Shown here piece by piece: positions 38,214-51,254 of a stretch of 64,000 bases of DNA. The notes beneath the pieces are model-generated. The model saw nothing but the letters and a program-made list of their open reading frames with translations, was not told where the DNA came from and made no database searches. How positions within the stretch are numbered: position 1 is the first letter of the stretch; each line of letters begins with the position of its first letter. Made by a program: the position numbers and the translations under genes. The DNA is from Callorhinchus milii (Eukaryota): positions 93,932,001 to 93,996,000 of the forward strand of contig NW_024704742.1 in assembly GCF_018977255.1 (NCBI RefSeq), in the 5' to 3' direction.

Positions 38214-39596
38214 TATTGTTTTCAATGCAAGGGTTAAATGTGAGCTTGACAGTTGGGATGGCAGATTCCTGAACAGTATGGATGGTCACAACTCAGCCAG
38301 ATCTTGTCCTTGTCTGAAATCCATATAGATACACCTTCCTACATGAGTCTCTGCATAACTATTGGAGCGGGAATCCTGGCTGATGGGAGTATTTCCCATC
38401 CCTAAACCAATCCCAGTGACCAATGGTGGCCCAACCCACCCTATCTACTAACACAGCGCAGACCGGAATTTGAACCTGCGACCTTCCGCTCTGTATGGCC
38501 CAATGCTGCACCAGGCACTGCTCTTATCCTCACAACATCAGGGCGGCTAAATACTAAATCCAATATAGCATCTGTTCATCATATGTTCTGACAAGAAGCA
38601 GTTGTTGATTATCTCTGTAAAAAATTCTCATATATTCATCTCTACCTCCCATGATTATTCAACATGGTGGAGCAGGTGATTCAAAGTTATATTGATTGCT
38701 TTTTAATTTCTGAGCGCAAATTTACATTGGTTAATTTTATTCACATTTAAACAATATTACTTCATATTGTTTACTTTGCAATGGATATTTATTATGGTGC
38801 ATTAAGACTCTACATGTTACTTAGCTGGAGCGGTTGTTTGTTCAGGTTACCGTCTACTTTCTGGGTTTCGGTGTAAATGAGTCGGATTATTTCAGATTGT
38901 TCGTAGCTTCACACCCTCTTTACACAAATGTAAAACACCCTATTTTTCTTCTTTTGAAACTGGCATTGAATGTTTACTTTGTGCATTGAGATATGCCTAG
39001 AACGTTAACTGGAAACGAGTGGTGGAATGTAGGGGGCCTCAGTTTCATGCTGTGCCTGGGGCCAAATAAACCTTTAATCCAGGTCTGGCAATGGACTTCG
39101 TGCCTTTTTTAATTTACAATACTAAATGTTGATGTAACGCTAACGTGCTTCAAACAATCTATGAGTCTCTCCCAACCGTAGACAGCATTGAAGAGTGATC
39201 TACCAACGTATGCTGGTTATTGCTATCAGAAACTGATAATTCTTGACCCCTTCATTAATTTTTTTTAAATTCATTTTTTTGAATGAATTCACAACTGGAC
39301 ATAGGAGAAATGTGGAGGATTTCAATTGTTTGTTCCACACACGTGTCTTAAAATTGTGGTTGAATTGCTACTATATAGAATGCAGTGTTTTATTGCTGCT
39401 CTAATGAAATGCTGGTGATGACAAATTCAGATGGTAAAAATTTGAGCCCCAGCTGGTTAACACATTTTAAAGCAATTTACTTATTAGACCTCAATTGCTG
39501 CTGTTTTTGGCACAAAAGGTTCATTATATTTGTACGTCTCTTATTTTACAAACTGTTCAGAAATCTTCAATGAGAATTCCCTTCATTCTTTTGCAG

Positions 39597-39675
39597 ATTG
39601 AGTTGCGTGAGTGGAAGGAATCCTTTCTCTTCAAATGGGCATTAAAGGCTGATTTCAAGTTTTGTGGCTTGTGGT
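39597..39675 (+). other. FANCC: FANCC 5' UTR part of the first coding exon (79 nt)
   Basis: The acceptor cttcattcttttgcag| lies 79 nt upstream of the ATG, which implies an upstream non-coding exon. Confidence 0.8.
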
Positions 39676-39840
39676 ATGGCCAAAGCAACTTCCATTCTGG
39701 CTTCCAGCTTCGAGTTCTGGTTGAATAAGGCCATCGAGTGGGGCCAGACCACCACTTTCGAATCCCAGCAAGATGTCTGCCTACACCTGTCCAAATTACA
39801 GGAGTTCCTGAAGCAGATTTATGGAACCATACAGCATATG
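39676..39840 (+). CDS. FANCC: FANCC first coding exon (aa 1-55, MAKATSILASSFEFWLNKAIEWGQTTTFESQQDVCLHLSKLQEFLKQIYGTIQHM)
   Basis: Aligns without gaps to the human FANCC N-terminus as recalled ([55 protein letters not shown]). 165 coding nt; donor ATG|GTAAGC at 39841; acceptor ttttgcag ends at 39596. Confidence 0.95.
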
Positions 39841-42339
39841 GTAAGCAACTCACAGAAGGAAAGAATCATTCAAGCCATAGTCAGAGCCAATCTGTTACAC
39901 AGATTAGGGTAAATAGTAAGTTAATAGTAGCAGAGAGACTGTTCCTATTTATTTTGCTGGATATCGGTGGAGCCAATTGGGACTCTGGCCATAGTTAATG
40001 TTAACAGGAATGTATTTCCTGCAATTTGATTTATTATGAAAGGAGCCTTTCTCTGGTTTGGTTGAGATGCTGCCTGAGATTTCCTAGCCAATCAAGTAGC
40101 CTGATTTCCTGACTCTTTGAGATAAACAAGTCATAGGTTCCATTTGTAAGGTTTTGAACTGGATGATTAGCCGCCGACCCCCCCCCCACATGCCGGTCTG
40201 TAACGCGCCCTCAGATCCCAGTGTTGATTACACACCACGTGACCTAATGACAGCAGAAACTTTTCAAAGAGGATGCCAATAAATGTGCCCAGAATTTATT
40301 GCGCAGGAGGCTTGATTTAAGATTTTGAAGTGGCAGCATAATGGTGTCGTATTCAAAATACAGTAGTAACAAGATCTCTGCTTCTTTGTGCTTGCAGGTA
40401 AATCTGCACAGAGTTTGTGTTTTTCATTTTAATTCATACTTTTTCATTCAAAAGAATTGGGTACAAATTAGTAGCGGATTTGGTGTATTTTTCTCTCTGC
40501 TCTGTTTGTCTTTTTATTACAAATCCTGCAATGTTTGCAAATCTTTTTATGATGTTAGTGATAATATGTTATAAGGGTAATTCAAGTTGCTTGTAAACAT
40601 TTTTAAAGTAACGATCCACTAGTGAACTATATTTTGTGCGTGATTTTCATTTTTAAGTTTTCATTTCATTATGAATTGCAAATGCAAAGCTGAAAATTAA
40701 TTTTAACTTCACTCTGGTGAATTTCAGCACACTGAAACACGTGAAGGACGCTATATAAGTTGTTGTTGTTGATCACTCTAATTGTTTTATAAATTGGCTA
40801 ATCACTTGTAGTTTACATAATATATTTGTAGTAAAATTTCTTCATCCTTATTAAGGGATTCCACATGCCTGCAGAATGTCTTGCCCATCTCAAATTTATA
40901 ATAATCCTTGCATTTGATATATATAGTACCTCCTCACATTGAAATATCCCAAAGAGCCTCACAAGTTTTTACTGTAAAATGTAATGACCTTATATTTGTA
41001 GATGAGCGTGGCAGTCAATTTGGAATGTCCCACATACATCAATGAGGTGAATGACTTTTATTTTTCTTGGGGATTGATGGCCAGAACATTAAAAGAAATC
41101 ATCCCATCTCCTTTTGAATAGTGTTGATGGTTCTTTGGCAAACAGCAGCTCGGTTTAACATCTCATCCGAACGACTGCACTTCTGACATTCAGTTCCCGC
41201 CCAAGACTTCATTTGTGACTTCATTCATAACGTGTAAATTCAGAGAATTCTACCAAATGAGCCAGCCTAACACCTAACCTATTTGCTTACTTTAAAATGT
41301 TTTATTGCCTTTGTTCTGTTTCACAGCTTCTCTCATGAGAGAGAAGAAGCAATTGCACCTGCAGTCACACCTGTACCTCAGACTGCAGTGCTATTTTTAA
41401 AGTTTCTTTTGATGCTTTCATATTTCTATGCCGGAGGCTCAAAATGCACCAGCAAACTGGGGATCCTGTCTCCTTTTAAACCTTCACTGCTTCTACATTG
41501 GCTTTACAGTGTTGGTGGAAATGGCAGAATGCTGTTTCGAACATGTACCAACAAAGATGTCAGATGCTCTCATCTCGACTCCTCAAGTAATGATAGCGAG
41601 GGGTGGGTGGGTGGCTGAATCTCAGGTAACTGCTCCTATAGGTTTTTCTGGTTCCACTTCTGTTTATTTGGATATCTTGAAATAAATTGTTACAAGGGGC
41701 TTTACGCAATGAGGTCAGACGTTCGTGGAGGCATTAAGTATCATTTGGTTGCTGTGGCGCTAACTTTCCATTATGCAGTTGAATTTCCTCTGTGCAGTGG
41801 CAATGGAAAATCTGAATTTCACTCGGGTTCTCCTGATTTTCCTGACACTGAAATGCCTGTCAAGCCAAATGCAAGTGAGCTAATTGTTTTGTTTGTATGG
41901 TGCTCCTACACTAGAGGCCCAACATCTGTGATGGTCCTAACCTTAAGGTCATTCTCTTAAAATTTTAAGATCTTGCAAAATTTTGGAAAATTCTTAAATT
42001 TGGTCTTAATTTAGATGCTTGTTTTTAGATGGTCCTATAAAGCTCCAAAATGATATAAAGGAAAATTAGACTTTGTTGACATTTATTTTGTTGGTCAAAC
42101 CCTTGGGAGCAATAATTTTATGTAGTACACTTCCTGGCGTGACATCAATAGGAATTTTGTCCATATCGCACCACTCTCATTAACAATATCAGTTGCATGT
42201 GAATACATTAATTTGCACTACGGTGACTCTGTGGTTCCTTGAGAAACCGTCTTTGAAATTTGTTCCTGTACTAGTTATAGTTCAGTATCACAAAGGTACA
42301 TGAGCAGGGTTATAGAATTGTACTGTGCCCTAAGACTTT

Positions 42340-42910
42340 TCGGGATCAGCCAGATGTCTAACACATGCAAGTGAGAGACCTGAGTTCAATTCCAGGCAGG
42401 GCGAAACCTTGGGCAAGTTTCCTTACTCCACACGCCTAATAATAATCCCTCCAAAACAAAAAACAATAATAAATCGGTCATTTTCAATCTACGACTGTTT
42501 GTGGGACATTGCTGTGCGCAATTGGCTGCCGCGTTCGCCCACATATATACAGTCAATTCACTTTACAGTGTGTTCTGTGAAGCGCTTTGGGACTTCCTCC
42601 TGACGTGAAAATTGCTATATCAAATGCAAGGATTATTATTATTATTATAGATATCCATCACCATGCTTCAGAGCAACCAAACCAAACTGAAAATTCCATG
42701 CATCCCACCTCCAAAGATAGATTGTTTGAATGGAATGTGCACTCTCTCCCTGGAGGAACGCATCCTGCTTACCTAATTCCGGAAAGTATTGGTCGCAGGT
42801 TGGCAAGAGCCAAGGCTTGGGGATCCCGGAGTGTGCGTTGGGGTACTGCTGGAATCTAACCAGCTAAAACAGGATAGCTTGCGTTGATATCACTGTCTTG
42901 CAAGGAGCCT
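42340..42910 (-). mobile_element. 3' UTR copy of the same RTE-X-like family, interrupted by a SINE
   Basis: 42650-42900 aligns by eye with 49250-49480 (CCAAGGCTTGG, TAACCAGCTAAAAC). A terminus-like GATCAGCCAGATGTCTAAC lies at about 42344. Confidence 0.7.
42366..42648 (+). mobile_element. Family A SINE, short subfamily
   Basis: Nearly identical to 48630-48917. Confidence 0.9.
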
Positions 42911-43807
42911 AAACATCCCAGCCATTCAGTGGAGAATGTTCCCTTAAACCACAATAATGCAAAAGCACACTGCTAAGGTTGAATCACTAGCATTTAGTTG
43001 TATTGTATGAACTGTCTGTAACTAAACTGGGTTTTAGTTTGCTCACCTTCAATTAGTGAGACAAACACTGTATGTTGGAAATTGCATTCAAATGGTTAGA
43101 GCTGGTGTAAGAATTCATTTTGCAAACCTAATGTTGGTCTGATGGTTGGGTGGCAAGTTTATCAGTTAGTGGTGAACAGAGAATGGAGAAAATCTCTCTT
43201 AGGATAATTAGCAACCAGTAAAGGAGAGTTATTATCTAATGGAGACCAAGCCACTTGAACATTTTTGAAGAAGCAGTTCTTTTGGAGGCACAAGTATTAA
43301 ACATCTCTGCTATTTGCCCATGCCTTATAAGAAAGGACCCACATGTCCAAATGTGAGCGTTCAGTAGGGGATGAGACCCATTCTTTTATCCTGTTGGGAG
43401 AAGCTCACAATATTCGGACTGAGGATTAGGCAATGTCTCCCACTTGATTTCATAGGGCCATTGGTCGTCAAGACGCAATAACCGATTAAGAGAGAATAAC
43501 TTAATTCCTCCTGTTATCATATCATGCTTTATTTCCAATTGAGTATCTGCTGTCTTGTTCTATGACTGGATGGTGGGATATAGATAGGTGATCAGCCCGA
43601 GATGTCTGACTTAATCCCTTTTGGGGAATTCCCTGACCTCAACCTAATTGATCATTCACTTCTTGGATGTTTGTCAGACTTTGTTATGTACAAAATGATT
43701 CTGTGTTTGTCTATATAAAAAAAACTCACATACGATAAAATAATAATCCTTATATTTGAAGCAGTGCCTTTCATGTCAGAAGGACATCCCAAAGTGCTTC
43801 ACAGGAT

Positions 43808-44175
43808 ATAATAATAATAATCCTTGCATTTAATATAGCGCATTTCATGTCTTCTAGACGTCTCAAACACTTTACAGAATATACTGTAAAGTGAATTAAT
43901 TATATTGTGTGTGAAACGTGGCAAACAATTGCGCGCAGCAGTGCCCCACAAACAGTCGTGGATTGCGTGACCAAATTATTATTGTTTTTTTTAGGGATTA
44001 TAATCCCCGGAAAAGTGGTCCACCAATCGACTAACAACCGGGTTACTAGTTACTGCTAGGTAAACAGAGGCATGTGGAGTAAGGAAACTTGCCCAACATT
44101 TCGCCCTGGCTGGGAATAGAACCCATGTCTCTCGCTTGGGAGACGAGTGCTCTAACCACTGAGCTACAGGACCCT
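43808..44175 (-). mobile_element. Family A SINE nested in a family B SINE (43740-44540)
   Basis: Full-length reverse copy; GATATA occurs on both flanks. Confidence 0.88.
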
Positions 44176-45129
44176 ACGATATATTGTAAAGTGGAGTGAC
44201 TGTGTGTTGTGGACGAATGGGGCAACCAGTTTTGCATACAGAAATATCCCAGAAACAGTCATGGAGTGAGTGACTAATTTAATTTGAAGGATTGTTGGCC
44301 AGCGCACAAGGAGAAACTCCCTTCTCTTTTCGAATAGTGTCATGGGATCTTTTAACATCCGCCTGAACAGGCAGTCGCGGCCTCGGTTTAAAACCTTATC
44401 CGAAGGACGGCACCTTCAGCAATGCAACACACCCCCAACATCGGAGTGTTGGCCGAAATATGAGTTCAAAGTACCAACGTGGGATTTGATCCCACTTTCT
44501 TCTGACTCAGATGTGAGAGTGCTACCAACTGAGCCAGCCTGAGAAGCACATGATAATCACTGTATTCTGTATTATCCTTATAATGTTTTTAATTTTTAAA
44601 GCTATAAAAATGGAAGAACTTTCTTTCCTAAGAAAGCCTTCACAGCACTGATATATTATGAAGAAACCCAAACAATAGTAGTGTTACACTCTTGTCAGAA
44701 TATTTACTGACTAACCTTTAAAAGTGAGCACATAGCTGCTTGGCCATAAATTTACTGACAATCCCCAAAATAATACATGTTCGCCATCACAGCTTGGCAA
44801 AGCAAAATAAATCTTCACAAAACCTGTCTGGATGAGATACACCCTAAAATCCTCAAAAAATTGAGAGAAGAAACAGTTTGGTATTTTTAGGAGTTCCATA
44901 AACAGTTGAGGGCTGGAGTGCAACTCGACTATACAAAAAAAAAGCTAGATGTCAATATATTTTTAAAAATCCTTGTGCTTGATATAGCATTTATAACATT
45001 GACCATCTCAAAACGCTTCACTAATTTTCCGTGAAGTATTGTGACTGTGTATTCTAAGTGAATATGGAAATGATAGACTAGTAAGCTTAATATCCATTGT
45101 AAGTATAGTGCGTGAAACAATTGAAATGC

Positions 45130-45445
45130 TCCTCTGTAGAGTTTGTAGCAGTTAGTGTGGCATTAAAAAACAATTGGTCAAGGTCCACTGGAATTCATTG
45201 AAGAGGCAAATGAGATAGGGATTACAGGCTATCTAATGGATGTAATTTACTTGAATTTTCAGAAAGCATTTGATAAGGATGCAGAATGTAATGTTAAATG
45301 GAAAAAAAAAACAGCCTGCAAGTCTATGGTAAAGATTTTGTGATGGGATTTGCTTTGTTTCTTCCTATAAATTATTTGGGGGAGACATTGCATTTTTGTG
45401 ACATTACAACAACATATTATAAAGTTTGCTGATGATAGCACCTAC
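45130..45445 (+). mobile_element. CR1 RT fragment
   Basis: MDVIYLNFQKAFDK at about 45238-45278 and KFADD at about 45422. Confidence 0.7.
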
Positions 45446-45979
45446 TTGTATATGGCTTCATCACAAATACTGCGCAAGATACCCATGTTTAGTAAAACCA
45501 TGATCCCACAAACCTGCCCGAATTAAAAGCCGTGATCTGCGAGCCAGAAGTTAAATGTGCGACCTGGTTTCACCACATCAGCATTGAAAGCGCTGTCCAA
45601 GTAATTCATTCAATACTTAAGGAATCTCTTAATTTAGACTGCATGTTAGACCCCAATATACTTTAAAAGAAGCACGTCCTTTTCAAACCTTTCATGCAAA
45701 TGAATGTATTCCACATTCTGAAGATAACTTCAAAACCCAAGCCAATTTGTTTATAGCAAAAGGTTGTGATAATCGTGGGTTCTGCCTTAGTATTTGCTTT
45801 ATAATTGGATTACTTTAGTCTATAATATAACATTTTTACCATTGATATTTTTACATTGCTAGGGATATGAACATCAGAGCAAACCTCGCTCAAGTTAAGC
45901 ATATTCAAAATGTGATTCATATTCATTGCTCCCTTCCCCCAATTCTTTTTTCTTGAATCTTAGGGATCTGTAGGGTAAA

Positions 45980-46322
45980 ATAATAATGATCCTTGCATTT
46001 GATGTAGCACCTTATCACGTTGTTGAGATGTCTCAATGTGCTTCAAAGAATATATTGTAAAGTGGATTGTGTGTGTATTTTATGGGTGAAATGTGACAGC
46101 TAATTGAGCACAGCAATGTCCCACAAACGGTCGTGGATTGAATGACCAATTTTTTTTTGAGGGATTATTGCTCCCGGAAAGCAATCCAATTGACTAACAA
46201 CTGGGTTCCTACTTGCTGCTAGGTAAACAGGGGCATGTGGAGTCAGCAAACTTGCCTTAGGTTTTGCCTCGCCCGGGAATCGAACCTGGGTATTCTCGCT
46301 AACTACTATGTTACAGGACTCC
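45980..46322 (-). mobile_element. Family A SINE
   Basis: Reverse copy with head and tail. Confidence 0.88.
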
Positions 46323-47713
46323 ACAATCACAGGCAAACCCAAATCTGTTTCCTACCTTTCATCCTCATATGTATGTTTGCAACAAAGGTAACTTAATTGC
46401 TGCAGGCTGAGCTCTTTCTTCTCTCTCCCCCCCCCACCCCCTCCCCAGCCTAGAGATGCTGAGACAGATTGTTTCACCGGAATGAGATCAACTAACCCAG
46501 CATAAATCAGGGATCAAACATGGAATTACCTAGAGCGTTACAGCATGGAAACCGGCCGTTCAGCCCAATTATTCCCTGCCAGTGTTTATACTCCACATTG
46601 GCCTCCATGAATAATTTTCCACACAGAGCACTGGAGCTTTACCACCTGAGTCCATCGGGATATTGAACGTAGTTTACAACAGAAAGTTATATTTCCTTTC
46701 AAATCGGAGCCTTTTGTTAAGTGTATGAAGTTCTGGACCATCTGTAACCAATACAATGTAGTTGTTAGATTTGCAAAGAAATCGTTCTGAATATTTGAAG
46801 TGGCTCATCAGTAGAGGTCCTGAATGTTGCAGTAACTCCTCAGTCGTATGGTATTACTTTACACGTGTTGGTGCTACATGTGTTGGCCGGAGGAAGAGAA
46901 GCCTGGTCAGCCGTAGTAACAAGCACAGGCACACAGTCAACAAATTGGCCTCCTATTGTCACTATAGCAGGTCAGGATTTACATATGCTGCCTTTAAGTA
47001 TAATTTCATGAGAATTCTTGTAGCAGTACTTGCTATGTGAAATGTCCTGGTCAATGTATACCCAGATAAATAAATTGATTATTCACTTCATGACTATTTG
47101 TGGAACATTGCTGTATGCAAATTGACTGTCATTTTTGCCTATAAATAGGCAGTAACTTGTTTTTACAAGAATTTACTAAAATACTCTGAAGCGTTTTGAG
47201 ACATTTCAATATGACAAGGCGCCTTATCAAATGCAAGAATTATCATGATATTATTTTATTTTGTATGGAACAAATTGGACTTTAGCGGAAATTTGATAAT
47301 AACAAAGTTGTGTGAATATAGTTTCAGTTGCACAGTGCCACCTGGTGTATATCATGGAAGGAATACCTTGAACCATGGAGCAGATTTTCTCTGAAAGGTT
47401 TTCAGGTTTAAAAAAGTTTAGATAGGAACATGAATTTCATGTATGATTGGGGGCAGGGGAAACTTGTGTGTGTAGACCTTGTCAGTAGTTGTGTCAGCTG
47501 GGTTCGGCTGGTCACTCTCTCGCCTCTGTCTTCAGTGGATTCTCATTGGAAATTTGATCAAATTCCTTTTGCTGTGGATGTTCAAGATCCTACAACACAC
47601 TATGCGAAAATATAAAGGAGTTTCTCCTAGTGTCCTAGAGAACAATACTCCTGATAACATGGGTCATTCACTTCATGACTCTTTGTGGGACGCTGCTATG
47701 TGCAAGTTGACTG

Positions 47714-48953
47714 AAACAGTTTGAAAGTGGGAGAGGGCAGACCCGATTGGGAGTTACCCTGTGGTGACAGCCAGCTATGTCTGGCAGAACGCCTCGTCAC
47801 CGGCCCTGACCAACAAACATCAGGACATGGCCTGGATGGCAATAAAAGGGGCCCTCTCCCTTAGGGCTTTCATGGACGGTTGACGTCTGGGCCAGTTAGC
47901 ACGCTGCCCTTGGGCTGTCTGCAGAGGCCAGGAGACCATGGACCTCCTCTTCCTGGAGTACTGTTTTGCAGAGGCGGTTTGGAAAAAGATGGAATGGCTG
48001 CTCTCGCTGTTTGTCCCTGGGGATCTGCTGTCGTGGCACTCGGTGCAATATGGCCTCTTCCCGGGCACTCACAGCAAGACCCACATTAAGTGTGCCTGTA
48101 GGATCATAAACTCGGTAAAGGAGGCCCTTTGGCACTCCTGAAACAAGGGTTCTTCTGGCAGAACAAGGGAACAGAAAGCCCCTGCCTCAGGCTCGCCACG
48201 CTAGGATCAGGGATTGTACACTGAAGCTCGGCTCAACCATGGCAAAGGCCAGATGGGGCCTGACCCTGGCAGGAGCCGCTAATGTACAAACCGCCCAGGG
48301 CATGCTCACCGGGTAACCCACGAGGGCACCCGAAACTATGTAAATAAAGAGCGTCCCGAAAATGGTAAACAAGTGCGCGTACGGTGCACATTGGGGCACC
48401 TTCCGAAAGCAGCAAGTGCACCTTATCAGGGTGCATCCCAAAAAACATGTGCGCAATCTGTGTGCGGTGAAGGAATGTAAGGTAAACAACGGAATGTTTT
48501 TGTATCGGGAGAAAGGGAAAAATTTAACAGAAGATGTTGTACGTTGCGTTTGTTTTGGATTTCTGTTGTACCAAATATTATATTTGTATATTCGTGGAGT
48601 CCTGTAGCTCAGTGGTTAGAGCACTCGCTTTGCAAGCCAGAGACCTGAGTTCAATTCCAGGCATTGCGAAACCTTGGGCAAGTTTCCTTACTCCACACAC
48701 CTAATAATAATCCCTCCAAAAACAAAACAATAATAAATTGTTCATTTTCAATCTACGACTGTTTGTGGGACATTGCTGTGCGCAATTGGCTGCCGCGTTC
48801 GCCCACAAATATACAGTCAATTCACTTTACAGTGTGTTCTGTGAAGCGCGTTGGGACGTCCTCCCGACGTGAAAAGCGCTATATCAAATGCAAGGATATT
48901 AAATGCAAGGATTATTATATTTATAAATAAATATATATTTTCAAAAATAAAAT
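47714..48953 (+). mobile_element. Tx1/L1-clade LINE 3' fragment (C-terminal zinc-finger region) with a nested SINE
   Basis: VWQNASSPALTNKHQDMAWMAIKGAL..ARCPWAVCRGQETMDLLFLEYCFAEAVW..VQYGLFPGTH..INSVKEALW; AT-rich 3' end; flanked by a 15-bp duplication. Confidence 0.88.
48596..48917 (+). mobile_element. Family A SINE, short subfamily, inserted in the Tx1 3' UTR
   Basis: Intact tRNA-like head and L2-type tail. Confidence 0.92.
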
Positions 48954-49100
48954 TGTGCAAATTGACTGCCACTTTAACCTACAAATACAGCCACCACACT
49001 TTACAGAAATTACCTGTGCGGTGCTTTGAGAAATTTCTATGTTATAGATACTTTGTCAGATGTGAGGATTATTATTTTTTTCACATATAATTCTCCATAA

Positions 49101-49620
49101 TTTTTTTGATTGTCAGCCGGGTGTCTTGACATACGTAGAAATCCATCAGCATGTTTAAGAGTATCTAACTGGGTCCTGAACCAGGCAGGCCAGGCATACT
49201 CCAAAGCACTGTTAATGATAAAACCAGTCAATCTGGCTTGTCAACAGGACTCGGAAGAGAATCCAAACCAGATTGAAAGTTCCAAACCACATATGTACCA
49301 CCAAGCATGGAAATGTTCCTGTGCCTGGAATGGAATGTGCAATGTCTCCATGGAGGGGAGCATCCTGCTTATCTCATTCAAGAGATCATTAAGAGCAGAT
49401 TGGCAAGTGCCAAGGCTTGGAGATCCCAGAGCGTGCTGTAGTTTAACCAGCTAAAACTTCATAGCTTGCCATTGAGAGCACTGTATCCTAGCTTTCCACT
49501 GCTTGTCCAGCTAGGACTACTCTGCTGTTAGGGTTTTGGCTTATAGGGTTAACAGAAACTGAATGACCTTCCAACTCCTGTTGACGAGCCAGCCTGGCTG
49601 ATCTGTTATTAGCAGTGCCT
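49101..49620 (-). mobile_element. 3' copy of the same RTE-X-like family
   Basis: 49496-49520 is the exact reverse complement of 61104-61128, and the terminus at 49101-49130 matches 61541-61567. Confidence 0.8.
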
Positions 49621-50165
49621 TGGAGCATTGTGTATCCATCTGCTTCAATAACATTCAACCATTTTGTTAAAGTGGTATTTGAATGGACCTTTGCAATCTG
49701 CACCTCCTCCAGCTGGGTATTTGATATTGTTCTGACGTTGGAGTTGGAGTCGATATAAATGTCTAAACCAACATTACATCAACGCTAAGTTTTGTATTTG
49801 GTTGGAAACACTGTCTATGGAGAAGTGTCTGTGGTCTCTGGCATTTGTTTCTTTTGGTGCTTGTTGATGATCCACACTGTTTTATAGTCCCATCTACCAC
49901 TGTCTCCATATGGAGATTTCTGTGATCCTAACCTTCTGGCTCTTGGGAAGTATAAAAGTGGGTGCAACAGAGGGAGGATTAGCAGTCCTGCAATAACACC
50001 TACTTTCATTACATTGCAAACTTTCTGAACTAGTTACCTCAGAAATTCAGTTTGAGTCTGTTTGTTGGTAATGGTGCATTAATGTGCAATCAGGCATTGA
50101 CTGTTTTCTGTGATCAGTTGTACTTAAATGCTGTAATGATTAATAAACATATATTTTTGTTACAG

Positions 50166-50250
50166 AACACAACTGAAACAATCAGATTGTTTCCGTTGAT
50201 AGGCCAGTTGTTGGGGAGACTTTGCTGGATGCCATTTATCGTAGCACATG
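50166..50250 (+). CDS. FANCC: FANCC second coding exon (NTTETIRLFPLIGQLLGRLCWMPFIVAH + 1 nt)
   Basis: tttttgttacag| acceptor and ATG|GTAAGT donor; 85 nt, phase 0 to 1. Matches human [28 protein letters not shown]. Confidence 0.95.
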
Positions 50251-51159
50251 GTAAGTAATCAACTCTGACCTTATGCAGAGGTTCTTGTCCTTGGGTACAC
50301 AACAGAATTTGCCTGAAGGGGTAGTTAGGATATACGAGCAGTGTTAGGATCTGAAATGTCTCCCTCCTCCAACATCTTGTATTGCTTTGCAGTGCCAGAT
50401 TGCCCAATTTCAGATGGTTATGTACTTTAGAGGTATGTATTTTGCTTTTGCTTTTCTTTTTTTAAAAAAAATTCAAGTCATTCTTTGACAAGAAACTAAG
50501 GCTGAGTTACATCACACATCAAGTCACTGAAAATGATCCCTGCTCAGCCAGAGGCAGTGACCTGCAGCATTGCGGCAGTCTGCTTTCAACACCCCAGCGC
50601 TGCAACCTGAGTTGATCAGCAGGTGGCATTTGTAACTCATTACCAGCCAGGTATAAATGGGAAAGGCTTTTTAACTGTGAACCGCCAGCCAGAACACTTG
50701 TCATTTTGATGTGATTGAACAAACCCAAAAGCAGGAGGGCATTTCAAGGATTTGACCCCCACCTGGATTCGGACCTATAATCAATCTAGATACAACACTT
50801 CTTGAATTGATTCATTGATATAAGTGATGCCAATGTTTTAAAGTAACTGAGGTGAAGGTTTGTTTAGTCTATGTCAGTGTTTTATTATCGCAGAGCTGAA
50901 ATTTAAATAAATCTTCAGACTTGTCCATTTCTCCACAACAGATCTCGTATTTGTAGTTCCAGACCCTCAGAGGCTCTGGCTATATGCACATGCTGCTTAA
51001 CACTACATGAAAGTATTGGAAATGATATACATTGTGTGTTTATATTGTGTGTAAGGAATTTCCAATGTACTCGGTGCAGACATTTTTGGAGTGAGGCTTT
51101 ATAAAGCACTGTCTAGTTTTATAGTTTACACTGAGTCCTTTTTCTGTCTTTTAATGCAG

Positions 51160-51254
51160 ACGAGTGCCAGCAGAACCTGTTGCAGTGCTTGTGGTGTCTA
51201 TACAGCGCCGATCCTCACAACGCTGTGGAATTGAAAGCCAATGAGTGGATCCAG
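51160..51254 (+). CDS. FANCC: FANCC third coding exon (DECQQNLLQCLWCLYSADPHNAVELKANEWIQ)
   Basis: ttttaatgcag| acceptor and CAG|GTAAAA donor; 95 nt, phase 1 to 0, in frame with the previous exon (G+AC = Asp). Matches human [32 protein letters not shown]. Absent from the ORF track because it is short. Confidence 0.93.

Noticed and set aside
41327..41626. Possible extra FANCC exon (ttcacag| ... CAG|GTAACT)
   Set aside because: It has no similarity to FANCC, and the flanking exons already join in frame to match the human protein. It could only be a cryptic or poison exon, which cannot be supported without RNA data.
48596..48670. tRNA genes suggested by GGAGTCCTGTAGCTCAGTGGTTAGAGC heads
   Set aside because: Each head runs into a Deu-domain body and L2 tail, so these are SINEs and not tRNA genes.
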